From: Tissierellia bacterium
GTDB lineage: Bacteria > Bacillota > Clostridia > Peptostreptococcales > Acidaminobacteraceae
DNA length: 59,130 nucleotides
Direction of reading: 5' to 3'
NCBI GenBank assembly: GCA_012727635.1
Contig: JAAYGQ010000102.1
Coordinates: 1-59,130 of the forward strand
Positions 38,165 through 47,364 of this stretch are shown here, in pieces (the first letter of the stretch is position 1; each line of letters begins with the position of its first letter). The notes under the pieces are model-generated. The model worked only from the letters and a program-made list of their open reading frames with translations, did no database searches and was not told where the DNA came from. The translations under genes were made by a program, and so were the position numbers.

Positions 38165-39517
38165 CTATTCCAGGATATCATCAATATCTAAGAGTCCATC
38201 TTTGATTGTGATGACAATCACCTTGTCTCCTGCTTCTATTTTGTCATTACCTCCAGGAAATAGAGCTTCTCCCTCCCGAATGATATAGGCAATAATCATA
38301 TTTTTTTTGATGGGAAGTTCTCTCAGAGGGCGACCTATCACCTTGGAACGCTCTTTAACGCGAAACTGCAAACTCTCCACCCGATCATCGGCTAGCTTAT
38401 ACAGAGCCTCTACATTGGAACCCATAGAGTTTTCTATGGCCCGAACAAAACGGGTAATGCGATTGGCAATAAGACGTTTAGGGGTAATGATGCTCATAAG
38501 TCCAATATCTCCAAGATAACTGATAATGGCTGTGCGGTTAATTTTTGTAATGATCTTTTGTACGCAGCACTTCGAAGCATACATACTAATGACGATATTT
38601 TCTTCATCCATGCCGGTTAGGCTCACTACGGCTTCATAGCGGTGGATGCCTTCTTCATCAAGATTGCTTTTCTCACTGCCATCGGTATGAATAACAGCTA
38701 CCTTGGGAAAGGCCACAGCTAAATCTCTCGCCTTTTGCCGATCCTGTTCTATAACCTTAACATCCATATCCGTCATAGCCAGCATCCGTAGAAGGTAATG
38801 GGTAATTCTTCCTCCACCGATAATAAGGCAACTTTTAACCCTGCGGTGCTGAGCCCCCAGGGAACTATAGAATTTCTCCAGATCCGCGGGCCTACCTGTA
38901 ACGTGGATATGGTCGCCCTCTCTTAGAACGCTATCGCCCTTGGGGATAAAGACTTCGCCATTTCTCTCAATTATGCACACAATTAAAGAGCTATAGCGTT
39001 TTTTAAAACTAGGTAAATCCATCCCTCCTAGGGAGCTTCCAACATCGATGGAAACCTTGACAAGACTTACAAGATTGTTAGCAAAGGTATCTACATTAAG
39101 AGCAAAGGGAAATTCAAGTTCTAAAAATATTTTTTTTGCCGCTTCGAGTTCAGGATTGATCATCATATGAATCCCAAGACTATCTTCAACAAAGCTAAAG
39201 GATTGATAATTCTCTGGAGTTCGAACCCTAGCGATGGTATAGTCAGCTCCAATTTTATTGGCCATTATCGCTGAAATCATATTGATCTCATCCATCTCGG
39301 TAACGGCAATAAAAACATCACAGTGGGCCACGTCGGCCTCCATTAAAATTGGATAAGACGCACCGTTGCCAACAATGCCGCTGATGTCTGCCTTCTCCAT
39401 AAGATGCTCCAATACATCGGCATTTTGCTCTATAAGAAGGACATTGTTTTTTGTCGTTGAAAGTTCTGTACAAAGAAGCTCTCCGACTTTTCCGCCACCT
39501 ACAATAACTATATTCAT
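38165..39517 (-). CDS. trkA: Trk system potassium uptake protein TrkA
   Basis: Two Rossmann/RCK modules (VGGGKVG, IGGGRIT). The ATG at 39517 overlaps the glpK TGA (ATGA), with a GGAGGA ribosome-binding site. Confidence 0.9.
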   Translation of the reverse strand: MNIVIVGGGKVGELLCTELSTTKNNVLLIEQNADVLEHLMEKADISGIVGNGASYPILMEADVAHCDVFIAVTEMDEINMISAIMANKIGADYTIARVRTPENYQSFSFVEDSLGIHMMINPELEAAKKIFLELEFPFALNVDTFANNLVSLVKVSIDVGSSLGGMDLPSFKKRYSSLIVCIIERNGEVFIPKGDSVLREGDHIHVTGRPADLEKFYSSLGAQHRRVKSCLIIGGGRITHYLLRMLAMTDMDVKVIEQDRQKARDLAVAFPKVAVIHTDGSEKSNLDEEGIHRYEAVVSLTGMDEENIVISMYASKCCVQKIITKINRTAIISYLGDIGLMSIITPKRLIANRITRFVRAIENSMGSNVEALYKLADDRVESLQFRVKERSKVIGRPLRELPIKKNMIIAYIIREGEALFPGGNDKIEAGDKVIVITIKDGLLDIDDILE

Positions 39518-41004
39518 TTTTCCTCCCAACCGAGGCAGCGCTGAACTGCTCTATCCCATAAATCGACCTTTTTTTCAACCCATTGACAATCCTTTTGGGG
39601 TAAAAACACTCGGTCTTCAATTTTAAGTCCCTTAAGTTTTTCTCTGTCTTTCCATAGGCCAACCCCTAGGCCCGCTAAATAGCAAACACCAAGGGCGGTA
39701 CTCTCAAGGTTTTTTGGTCGATAAATCGGTTTTTGAAGTAGGTCTGCTTGAAACTGCATTAAAAAATTGTTTGCCGAAGCTCCACCATCTACCATAAGCC
39801 CCTTCAGTTCGATGCCGCTATCCTTTTGCATCAAATGAAGAACGTCCCTAGACTGAAAGGCAATGGATTCCAGGGTAGCTTTAATGAGATGTTCTTTTCT
39901 ACTGCCCCGAGTAAGGCCAAAAATACCACCCCGAGCATACATATCCCAATAGGGTGCACCTAGGCCTGTAAAAGCGGGCACCACCACAACTCCACTTTCG
40001 CCAGCCATCATGGCATAGTGCTCACTACTGGGGGCATCCTCAATAAAACCCAGCTCATCTCTTAACCACTGGACAGCGGCTCCGGCATTAAATATACTGC
40101 CCTCCAGAGCATAGCATATCTCGTCACCAATCTTCCAACCCACCGTAGCAAGGAGTCCACTGTTTTTTATAACGGGTTTTGCACCGGTATTCATCAGCAT
40201 AAAACATCCCGTACCATAGGTGTTTTTTGTCATACCCTGATCAAAACAAAGCTGGCCAAAAAGCGCTGCCTGTTGGTCTCCGGCTATACCGGTTATAGGA
40301 ATTTGAGCACCCCCAAAGATTTCGGGATGAGTAAGACCAAAAAAGCCTGAACAGTCTCTTACTTCAGGCAAAATCTCCTGGGGAATATTCAAAAGTTCTA
40401 AAATTTCTTTGTCCCAGGCAAGCATATCAAGATTAAAAAGCATAGTTCTGGAGGCGTTGCTTACATCGGTGGCATGGACCTCGCCTCGGGTTAAATTCCA
40501 AAGTATCCAGCTGTCCACGGTGCCAAAGACAATTTCGCCGGCTTTGGCTCTTTCGCGGAGCCCGGGTATATGGTCAAAAAGCCAGAGTATTTTCGTAGCG
40601 GAAAAGTAGGCATCGGGAACAAGTCCTGTTCTCTCTCTAAGAAAATCCGTCAAGCCTTTTTTCTTCAATTCCTCACAATAGGGCGCGCTGCGCCGGCACT
40701 GCCAAACAATGGCATTATAAAGAGGCTCACCGGTTTTTCGGTCCCAGAGAATAGTGGTTTCCCTTTGATTGGTAATCCCAATGGCTGCTAGATCCAAAAG
40801 GGCGATTCCCCCTTCTTCCAAAGCCTCCCTAGCAACAGCAATTTGGGAGGTCCAAATTTCCCAAGGTTTATGTTCAACCCAGCCCTCCATGGGATAAATC
40901 TGAGTAAATTCTCTTTGGGCAGAACTTAATATCTGGCCATCTTCATTAAATAAAAGAGCACGGGAACTGGTAGTTCCTTGGTCTAAAGCCAATACATACT
41001 TCAT
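39514..41004 (-). CDS. glpK: Glycerol kinase
   Basis: MKYVLALDQGTTSSR N-terminus and FGGY-family pattern throughout. Confidence 0.95.
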   Translation of the reverse strand: MKYVLALDQGTTSSRALLFNEDGQILSSAQREFTQIYPMEGWVEHKPWEIWTSQIAVAREALEEGGIALLDLAAIGITNQRETTILWDRKTGEPLYNAIVWQCRRSAPYCEELKKKGLTDFLRERTGLVPDAYFSATKILWLFDHIPGLRERAKAGEIVFGTVDSWILWNLTRGEVHATDVSNASRTMLFNLDMLAWDKEILELLNIPQEILPEVRDCSGFFGLTHPEIFGGAQIPITGIAGDQQAALFGQLCFDQGMTKNTYGTGCFMLMNTGAKPVIKNSGLLATVGWKIGDEICYALEGSIFNAGAAVQWLRDELGFIEDAPSSEHYAMMAGESGVVVVPAFTGLGAPYWDMYARGGIFGLTRGSRKEHLIKATLESIAFQSRDVLHLMQKDSGIELKGLMVDGGASANNFLMQFQADLLQKPIYRPKNLESTALGVCYLAGLGVGLWKDREKLKGLKIEDRVFLPQKDCQWVEKKVDLWDRAVQRCLGWEEK

Positions 41005-41101
41005 TATCCACCTCAACTTTAATCTATTTTATCATACCTAGCAACATTTTCTAGACCTGAGTGGGGAAAAGTTGTACACTAAAAAGAAAAGGGAGGCATG
41101 A

Positions 41102-42673
41102 ATGAACTATCCTTACCCATCCCAAAGAAATGTTGTCTACGGCTATCGAGGCATGGTAGCCACAGGAAATGTCCTCGCAGCCCAAGCTGGCCTTGAAATG
41201 CTTAAAAAGGGGGGCAATGCCATCGATGCAGCTCTAGCTACTTCACTATGTCTTAGCGTCACCGAATGTTGTAGCAATGGCCTCGGCGGAGACCTTTTTG
41301 CCATTATATACTATAAAAACCAATACTTCGGTATAAACAGTCATGGTCCGGCTCCAAGGTTACTCAGCCTTGAAGCACTTAAAGAAAAAGGATTCGATCA
41401 TCTTCCCAAAAGTGGTCCGGAATCCGTAACGGTTCCGGGACTTATCGGCGGGGTAGCTGCTCTCCAAGAGCGATTCTCCAAGCTCTCCTGGGAAGAAATT
41501 GCAGCGCCGGCCATGGCCTATGCGACCCATGGTTTTGCCTTGCAGCCTCGTATGGCCTTAATGATGAATAGGGCCAAGGAGCGTTTTGAAAAAGATCTCC
41601 CCCAGGCTCCCACCCTTAGCACCTGGTTTTCCGCTTTTTTGCAAGATAGAGACTGCTTTAAAGAAGGAGACTTACTAAAACTCCCTGGCCACGCTAGGGC
41701 TCTGGAAGAACTGGCAAAAACAAAGGGCAAAAGCTTTTACCACGGTACCATTGCCGATGAAATCGATGCTTTTATGAGAAAAAATGGTGGATTTCTAAGA
41801 AAAGAAGATCTGAAAGTCTTCAAACCCCAATGGGTAAGTCCACTATACACCGACTACAAAGGCCACCGCGTATTTGAGCTTCCCCCCAGCGGCCAAGGCA
41901 TAGGTGTTTTGATGGCCCTGAAAATCCTTGAGAAAACCGGCTATAGTCTTCATAATTCCATTGAAGCTACGAAACTCTCCCTTTCTTATATGCAGCGCCA
42001 CCTTGCCGATGAAGGGGCTATGGTCCATCCCTTGAGCGCTTTTCTTGAAGACTTCCCTGAAAAAGCCGCCGGAATAATTGGACAGAGAGCCCTAGTGCCG
42101 GAAGAAACCGAACTCTTTGGCGATAATACCGTTTATCTATGTGCCGCCGATGGCGAGGGAAATATGATTTCTCTCATCCAGAGTAATTATATGGGATTTG
42201 GTTCCGGTGTTGTTCTACCCCACTGGGGTATCGCCCTACAAAATCGAGGCTGCAATTTCTCCAATGATCCCACTTCTGCTAACTCTTTGGCACCGGGAAA
42301 ACGTCCCTATCACACGATCATTCCAGGATTTATTGAAAAGCCTGGAACATTCCGTGGGCCCTTCGGCGTCATGGGGGGCTTTATGCAACCCCAGGGCCAG
42401 CTGCAAATTCTTATGAATATGATAGAAGAAGGTCTGAACCTACAATCCGCCATCGATAAACCGAGATGGCAGTGGATTAAAGGGAGAAAACTTCACCTTG
42501 AGGAAGGTTTTTCAAAGGGGGAGCTGGAGGAGCTGGAAAAAAGAGGCCACGAGGTCGAAATTCTACAGGACCCCGTTTCCTTTGGCCGGGCAGAAATAAT
42601 TCTTCGATACGAAAGCGGCCTACTGGAAGGGGCCTGTGAACCTAGGACCGATGCCGCCGTAGCTGTATGGTAA
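41102..42673 (+). CDS. ggt: Gamma-glutamyltransferase
   Basis: 523 aa. GGT pattern with a candidate autoprocessing Thr in FGDNTVYLCAAD. Confidence 0.9.
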   Translation: MNYPYPSQRNVVYGYRGMVATGNVLAAQAGLEMLKKGGNAIDAALATSLCLSVTECCSNGLGGDLFAIIYYKNQYFGINSHGPAPRLLSLEALKEKGFDHLPKSGPESVTVPGLIGGVAALQERFSKLSWEEIAAPAMAYATHGFALQPRMALMMNRAKERFEKDLPQAPTLSTWFSAFLQDRDCFKEGDLLKLPGHARALEELAKTKGKSFYHGTIADEIDAFMRKNGGFLRKEDLKVFKPQWVSPLYTDYKGHRVFELPPSGQGIGVLMALKILEKTGYSLHNSIEATKLSLSYMQRHLADEGAMVHPLSAFLEDFPEKAAGIIGQRALVPEETELFGDNTVYLCAADGEGNMISLIQSNYMGFGSGVVLPHWGIALQNRGCNFSNDPTSANSLAPGKRPYHTIIPGFIEKPGTFRGPFGVMGGFMQPQGQLQILMNMIEEGLNLQSAIDKPRWQWIKGRKLHLEEGFSKGELEELEKRGHEVEILQDPVSFGRAEIILRYESGLLEGACEPRTDAAVAVW

Positions 42674-42686
42674 ATTAGAAGATAAG

Positions 42687-42718
42687 AGCCCGCCCCCATA
42701 TCGGGGCGGGCTTTTCTT
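42687..42718. terminator. Bidirectional rho-independent terminator (ggt / nfnB)
   Basis: AGCCCGCCCC-loop-GGGGCGGGCT followed by TTTTCTT. Confidence 0.85.
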
Positions 42719-42740
42719 AACTATATATGTTTACTTATAT

Positions 42741-44126
42741 CTACTTATATTTATTTTGGATATACTCATCCATAGCTGCAGCAGCTTCTTTTCCTGCCCC
42801 CATTGCCAAAATAACAGTGGCAGCACCGGTTACAGCGTCGCCTCCAGCAAAGACACCTTCTCTACTGGTTTGACCTTGATCATCGGCAATAATGCATTCC
42901 CATTTGTTGGTATCAAGACCTTCAGTGGTCGAAGCAATCAGCGGGTTTGGAGATGTACCCAGGGCCATAATCACTGTATCTACAGGGATGGTAAATTCTG
43001 AGTTGTCCATAACGATGGGGCGACGTCTTCCCGACTCATCGGGCTCGCCAAGCTCCATACGTACACAGGTTAGCCCATTTACCCAGGCATTTTCATCGGC
43101 ATGGATTTCAATGGGGCTTGTAAGAAACTCGAATTTAATGCCTTCTTCAATGGCATGGTGGACTTCCTCAACACGGGCAGGGAGTTCATCCATGGTACGT
43201 CTATAGATCACGGTAACATCAGAGCCAAGGCGTAGAGCCGTTCTTGCGGAGTCCATGGCCACATTTCCCCCACCGATAACGGCAGTACGGGCACCCACTT
43301 TAATGGGGGTTGCGTATTCAGGATCAAAGGCCTTCATTAGATTTGTCCGTGTGAGGAACTCATTGGCAGAAAAGACGCCATTGTAGTTTTCTCCAGGAAT
43401 ATTCATAAATTTCGGAAGTCCGGCACCGGAACCGATAAAGATTGCTTCGTAGCCTTCTTCAAACATTTCATCGATGGTGATGGTTCTACCTACGATAACA
43501 TTGGTTTCTATTTCCACGCCTAGATGTTTTAAGTTTTCAAGTTCTGGGCGAACAACACCATCTAAGGGAAGACGAAACTCTGGGATACCATAAACCAGAA
43601 CGCCACCGGGTTCATGAAGGGCTTCAAAAATAGTTACTATATAGCCTTTTTTGGCCATTTCCCCTGCACAGGAAACTCCAGCAGGTCCCGAACCAATAAC
43701 GGCTACTTTATGGCCATTTTTAAGAGCACATTCGCCTACATGTATATCGTTTCTTTCCGCCCAGTCAGCAGCAAAGCGCTCAAGCTTGCCGATGGCGATA
43801 GGGTCACCCTTTTTACCGAGGATACAGGTGGCTTCGCACTGGGTTTCCTGAGGGCATACCCTGCCACAAACCGCAGGTAGGGATGTATAAACGGCAAGAC
43901 TTTGTGCTGCTTCGCGGAATTTCCCATCGGCTATACAGCCTATGAAATCGGGAATATCAATATCTACAGGGCAGCCAGGCCTACATTGAGGTTTTTTACA
44001 ACGAAGACAGCGAGCTGCTTCTTTCATAGCTTCTTCTTCAGTATATCCAAGGCATACTTCTTCAAAGTTTCTATTTCTTATCTCAGCAGGTTGCTCTGAA
44101 ATAGGTACTCGTGTAAAACGATCCAT
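42741..44126 (-). CDS. nfnB: NfnB / GltD-like NADPH-dependent oxidoreductase (glutamate synthase small-chain family)
   Basis: N-terminal Cys clusters (CLRCKKPQCRPGCP). Two dinucleotide folds (VAVIGSGPAG, TAVIGGGNVAMD). Confidence 0.85.
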   Translation of the reverse strand: MDRFTRVPISEQPAEIRNRNFEEVCLGYTEEEAMKEAARCLRCKKPQCRPGCPVDIDIPDFIGCIADGKFREAAQSLAVYTSLPAVCGRVCPQETQCEATCILGKKGDPIAIGKLERFAADWAERNDIHVGECALKNGHKVAVIGSGPAGVSCAGEMAKKGYIVTIFEALHEPGGVLVYGIPEFRLPLDGVVRPELENLKHLGVEIETNVIVGRTITIDEMFEEGYEAIFIGSGAGLPKFMNIPGENYNGVFSANEFLTRTNLMKAFDPEYATPIKVGARTAVIGGGNVAMDSARTALRLGSDVTVIYRRTMDELPARVEEVHHAIEEGIKFEFLTSPIEIHADENAWVNGLTCVRMELGEPDESGRRRPIVMDNSEFTIPVDTVIMALGTSPNPLIASTTEGLDTNKWECIIADDQGQTSREGVFAGGDAVTGAATVILAMGAGKEAAAAMDEYIQNKYK

Positions 44127-44128
44127 TC

Positions 44129-44977
44129 TTATGCCTCCTCTAATTTACAATCTTTAACGACTTCAATATCTTTATATTGAGTTTGGCGCTTTAGAGCTTC
44201 ATCGAAGTCCACTACGTGTCCATCAAATTCCGGCCCATGAACACAAGCAAACTGAGTCTTACCATCAACGGTAACCCTACAGGCACCGCACATACCCGTT
44301 CCATCAACCATGATTGGGTTTAATGAAACTGTTGTGGGTAGATTGTACTTTTTAGTGGTAAGAGCAACAAATTTCATCATAATCATAGGACCAATGGCCA
44401 CAACATGATCATATTTTTTACCCTGATTTACCACTAGTTCTTCAATATAAGCCGTTACCAGACCATGAAAACCATAGGAACCATCGTCGGTGCAAACATA
44501 AAGATTTTCTGAAACACTGGCCAACTTGTCTTCTAATATAACAAGCTCTTTATTCTTAGCGCCTAAAATGATATCACATTTGATTCCGTTTTCATGGAAC
44601 CATCGTGCCTGGGGATAAACGGGAGCCGCTCCCACACCGCCGGCAACAAAGAGAAATCTTTGTTTTCTGAGTTCTTCAAGATCCATATGTACAAATTCCG
44701 ATGCTTTGCCTAGGGGCCCAACAAAATCCTTGAAGTAGTCTCCCTCTTCCATTGCTGCCATATCCTTTGTGGATTTACCCATGGCCTGTACTACGATTTG
44801 AACCGTGCCTTTTTGTGCATCATAATCACAAATGGTCAGCGGAACGCGCTCGCCTTTTTCATTATCAATGATAATGACAAACTGCCCGGGTTGAGCTGAC
44901 TTTGCAACGCGTGGTGCCTCTATGTCCATGGAAAAAATATTTGGAGCAAGCACCTCTTTTTTTACAATCTTATACAC
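44129..44977 (-). CDS. nfnA: NfnA / sulfide dehydrogenase-like FAD/NAD-binding subunit with 2Fe-2S
   Basis: GTG start at 44977 preceded by AGGAGGAG gives MYKIVKKEVLAPNIF, the expected N-terminus. C-terminal GTGMCGACRV cluster. The longer ORF to 45070 is rejected. Confidence 0.8.
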   Translation of the reverse strand: MYKIVKKEVLAPNIFSMDIEAPRVAKSAQPGQFVIIIDNEKGERVPLTICDYDAQKGTVQIVVQAMGKSTKDMAAMEEGDYFKDFVGPLGKASEFVHMDLEELRKQRFLFVAGGVGAAPVYPQARWFHENGIKCDIILGAKNKELVILEDKLASVSENLYVCTDDGSYGFHGLVTAYIEELVVNQGKKYDHVVAIGPMIMMKFVALTTKKYNLPTTVSLNPIMVDGTGMCGACRVTVDGKTQFACVHGPEFDGHVVDFDEALKRQTQYKDIEVVKDCKLEEA

Positions 44978-45117
44978 TCTATCTCCTCCTAAGTGTCGAA
45001 GTATAAACTTCGCAATTAAAATAAAGGACTCGGACCCGATTATCCAGGTCATCACAAGTCCATTATACACGATATTGTTAGTTTTTTAGCAATTATTAAT
45101 GATTCGATAAAAGATCG

Positions 45118-46221
45118 CTACAAACGAAAAAACAAAGGGTTATAAAAACGTTTATAACTCAGTAAATCGCTATAATAGCGAAATCCATCGTAATTGTTAC
45201 CAGAAAAAATCATTTTCTGGTAATCCATAAGCTCCATTGTATGGGCGTAGGACTCGCCAGCCTCACTCTTTACTTCAATAATGCCCCCTAGACGTAAACC
45301 ATAGATGCTCTTTGGAATTTCGCTACGGGGACCGCTATCCTCGGTGCCCCGGGGATGGGTCATATAATCCATTAGATCTCCAACATAAATCCAGCTTTCT
45401 GTAAAATCACCATCATAGCTATTCCAAGCTCCAATATAGGGATACTCATCGCCAAAAAAACCATAGTAAAGGATCTGCGAAGCAAAATTCGCACAATTCT
45501 CCTGAAGGCTGGCAAACTGGGGGTTTCGATCAAAAATGAATTCATCTATATACCACAGAGCTCTAGTCGGATCGTATATATAGTCCGAGGAACGCATCGT
45601 ATAATTTAGTGGGTTTTTCTTTGGACCAAAGGCGGGAAAAAGGAAATCATGCCTTGGGGCCTTCCGGCCATAGAATTCATGATCAATGGATTTTTTCAAA
45701 AGGTCCACGGACTCTTCATAGCTTAACTTTGGTTCAGAATATTCTTCGTTTTCATTGTGGAAATCAATGGTAGCATGACGTCGATCATATATTTTCCAGC
45801 CCTCTTCCTCACGCGTAAGCCAGAAAATATTACGGCCTAAATAGATGAAAGTCGGATAAGCTAGTTTAGGGTTTCCTTCCAAATAAAACACTACCGTAGC
45901 ATCATCACCATCGATGTAGACCTCCTCGATATCAATTTCCAAAGGAAAACGTCGGGTTTCCACATACACATAATCCTTTTCTTTAATATAGGCTCTGCGC
46001 TCCATAAGCATTTTAAAACTATTGACAAAATTGGCAGAGATATCAGAATCCAGATCAAATAGTCCCGAACTATCTATGGGATCATTTTTAAGATAGGCGC
46101 TATAAAGCGTCTCAAAATAAGAAAAAACCACATCCTCTGGTTCCATTTCCTGAGCAAAGACGCTGGGTATAAAAATCAAATACAATAATAACAATAAAAA
46201 TAAGACAGGTGTCTTTTTCAT
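45118..46221 (-). CDS. Secreted protein with a putative amidase domain (PF12671-like)
   Basis: Signal peptide. C-terminal region has ENCANFASQILYYG (candidate Cys) and SYAHTMELMD (candidate His). Confidence 0.5.
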   Translation of the reverse strand: MKKTPVLFLLLLLYLIFIPSVFAQEMEPEDVVFSYFETLYSAYLKNDPIDSSGLFDLDSDISANFVNSFKMLMERRAYIKEKDYVYVETRRFPLEIDIEEVYIDGDDATVVFYLEGNPKLAYPTFIYLGRNIFWLTREEEGWKIYDRRHATIDFHNENEEYSEPKLSYEESVDLLKKSIDHEFYGRKAPRHDFLFPAFGPKKNPLNYTMRSSDYIYDPTRALWYIDEFIFDRNPQFASLQENCANFASQILYYGFFGDEYPYIGAWNSYDGDFTESWIYVGDLMDYMTHPRGTEDSGPRSEIPKSIYGLRLGGIIEVKSEAGESYAHTMELMDYQKMIFSGNNYDGFRYYSDLLSYKRFYNPLFFRL

Positions 46222-46303
46222 ACATCCTCCTGCCTTATTGTACTATACTCTTTTCAAAATAAAAAGATGATAATCCATTCTATATCCTACATCCAGTTAA
46301 ATC

Positions 46304-46501
46304 CTAATCATAAAATAGTTCTTGAACAGATTTCTTATAATAATCAGCAAGCTTTCCTTTTATTGCGTCACGGGGGATTCTTTGACCTTGTTCATACATA
46401 GACAGGGTAGAGCGGCTGATCCCTACAGCTTTACAAACTTCTCTTCCCGGGGTCTTTCCCCTTAACATCTTAAGTCGTCGACCGATTTTTTTCGCATCCA
46501 T
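46304..46501 (-). CDS. XRE-family HTH transcriptional regulator (65 aa)
   Basis: HTH_3 pattern (LRGKTPGREVCKAVGISRSTLSMYEQG). Start placed at the ATG at 46501, 8 nt after GGAGGA. The ORF maximum extends to 46516. Confidence 0.8.
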   Translation of the reverse strand: MDAKKIGRRLKMLRGKTPGREVCKAVGISRSTLSMYEQGQRIPRDAIKGKLADYYKKSVQELFYD

Positions 46502-46522
46502 GACTTCGTCCTCCATTGACTA

Positions 46523-46590
46523 ATTGTACACTAAGTGTGTACCGTGGTCAAATCAAGGCGATTGCAATATTTTCACGTTACGTGTATAAT
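46523..46590. promoter_or_regulatory. Back-to-back divergent promoters, each containing a different palindrome
   Basis: Minus strand: TTGACC (46546-46551), 17-nt spacer, TACAAT (46523-46528), with GTACAC-N5-GTGTAC at 46526-46542. Plus strand: TTGCAA (46562-46567), 17-nt spacer, TATAAT (46585-46590), with CACGT-T-ACGTG at 46574-46584. Confidence 0.65.
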
Positions 46591-46647
46591 ATAAATACAG
46601 TGGATAATAAATTACCCAATCAAATAAATCCCAAGGAGAAAGCTAAG

Positions 46648-46914
46648 ATGAATCTAGGAGAACGACTTCGGTCATTACGAAGAAAAAATAATCTCAGTCA
46701 AAATGATCTTGCGAAAAAATTAAATTGTACAAAAAGCAGCATCAGTATGTATGAAAACAACCATCGTCGTCCCAGTATTGAAAAACTCATAGAACTTGCA
46801 AAAATCTATAGTATCGATATGAATACCCTTCTACTTTGGCAGGAAGAAAATTCTCTATCCTCGGAAATTCCAAAAAACATAGTGGAAGAACTTGGTGAAA
46901 TCACAAAAAAATAA
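46648..46914 (+). CDS. XRE-family HTH transcriptional regulator (88 aa)
   Basis: HTH_3 pattern (LRRKNNLSQNDLAKKLNCTKSSISMYENN). AAGGAGA ribosome-binding site before the ATG at 46648. Confidence 0.85.
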   Translation: MNLGERLRSLRRKNNLSQNDLAKKLNCTKSSISMYENNHRRPSIEKLIELAKIYSIDMNTLLLWQEENSLSSEIPKNIVEELGEITKK

Positions 46915-46925
46915 TTTAAAAATAT

Positions 46926-46948
46926 AAGCGCCTTTCGGCGCTTTTTTA
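46926..46948 (+). terminator. Rho-independent terminator of the plus-strand XRE gene
   Basis: AAGCGCC-TTTC-GGCGCTT followed by TTTTAAT. Confidence 0.85.
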
Positions 46949-46950
46949 AT

Positions 46951-46977
46951 AAAAAAAAGGCAGGAAAATCTGCCTTA
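46951..46977 (-). terminator. Rho-independent terminator of the uppP/glyoxalase unit
   Basis: Minus strand AAGGCAG-ATTTTC-CTGCCTT followed by T8. Confidence 0.8.
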
Positions 46978-46992
46978 ACTATAACCAAAGCC

Positions 46993-47352
46993 CTAGCGCT
47001 GTTCTACAAATTGTACCTTTAGTCCATCGGGGTCCAAGACATAAAAAAAGCGCGTGGATGGATTGGGAGAAAAAGGTCCACTGTGAATTTTAAGTCCCTC
47101 TTTCTCAACAAAGGATATCATTTCATCCAGATTCTCTACGGCAAAACCCAAGGATACTCCTCTTGCCATAGTTACTTCTTTATTGGCCTCATTATAAATA
47201 AGTTCAACCTTTGTCTGAGCCTCTCCTAGAAAATAAATTTCCATGCCGGGAGCTTCTATATGAGCACTTATTGGCAGTCCCACAATCTTCTGGTAAAAAC
47301 AAAGGGAAGCCTGCATATCCTTGACCTGTAAAGTGATCCATTTAAAATCCAT
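46993..47352 (-). CDS. VOC/glyoxalase-family protein
   Basis: 119 aa with a glyoxalase I-like pattern (ITLQVKDMQASLCFYQKIVGL). Confidence 0.75.
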   Translation of the reverse strand: MDFKWITLQVKDMQASLCFYQKIVGLPISAHIEAPGMEIYFLGEAQTKVELIYNEANKEVTMARGVSLGFAVENLDEMISFVEKEGLKIHSGPFSPNPSTRFFYVLDPDGLKVQFVEQR

Positions 47353-47364
47353 TTTTACTCCTTT

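Noticed and set aside
44978-45070. 31-aa N-terminal extension of nfnA, and a hairpin at 45026-45061 in the leader that looked like an attenuator.
   Set aside because: A GTG preceded by AGGAGGAG gives the canonical MYKIV.. N-terminus. The hairpin is only 5+4 bp with a large internal loop, and the nearby TTGCTA/TATAAT pair has a 19-nt spacer. This is too weak to call.
46222-46992. Prophage or toxin-antitoxin interpretation of the divergent XRE pair.
   Set aside because: No phage structural, replication, integrase or toxin-like ORF is adjacent. The flanks are housekeeping genes (nfnAB, glyoxalase, uppP). The region is kept only as an orphan switch.
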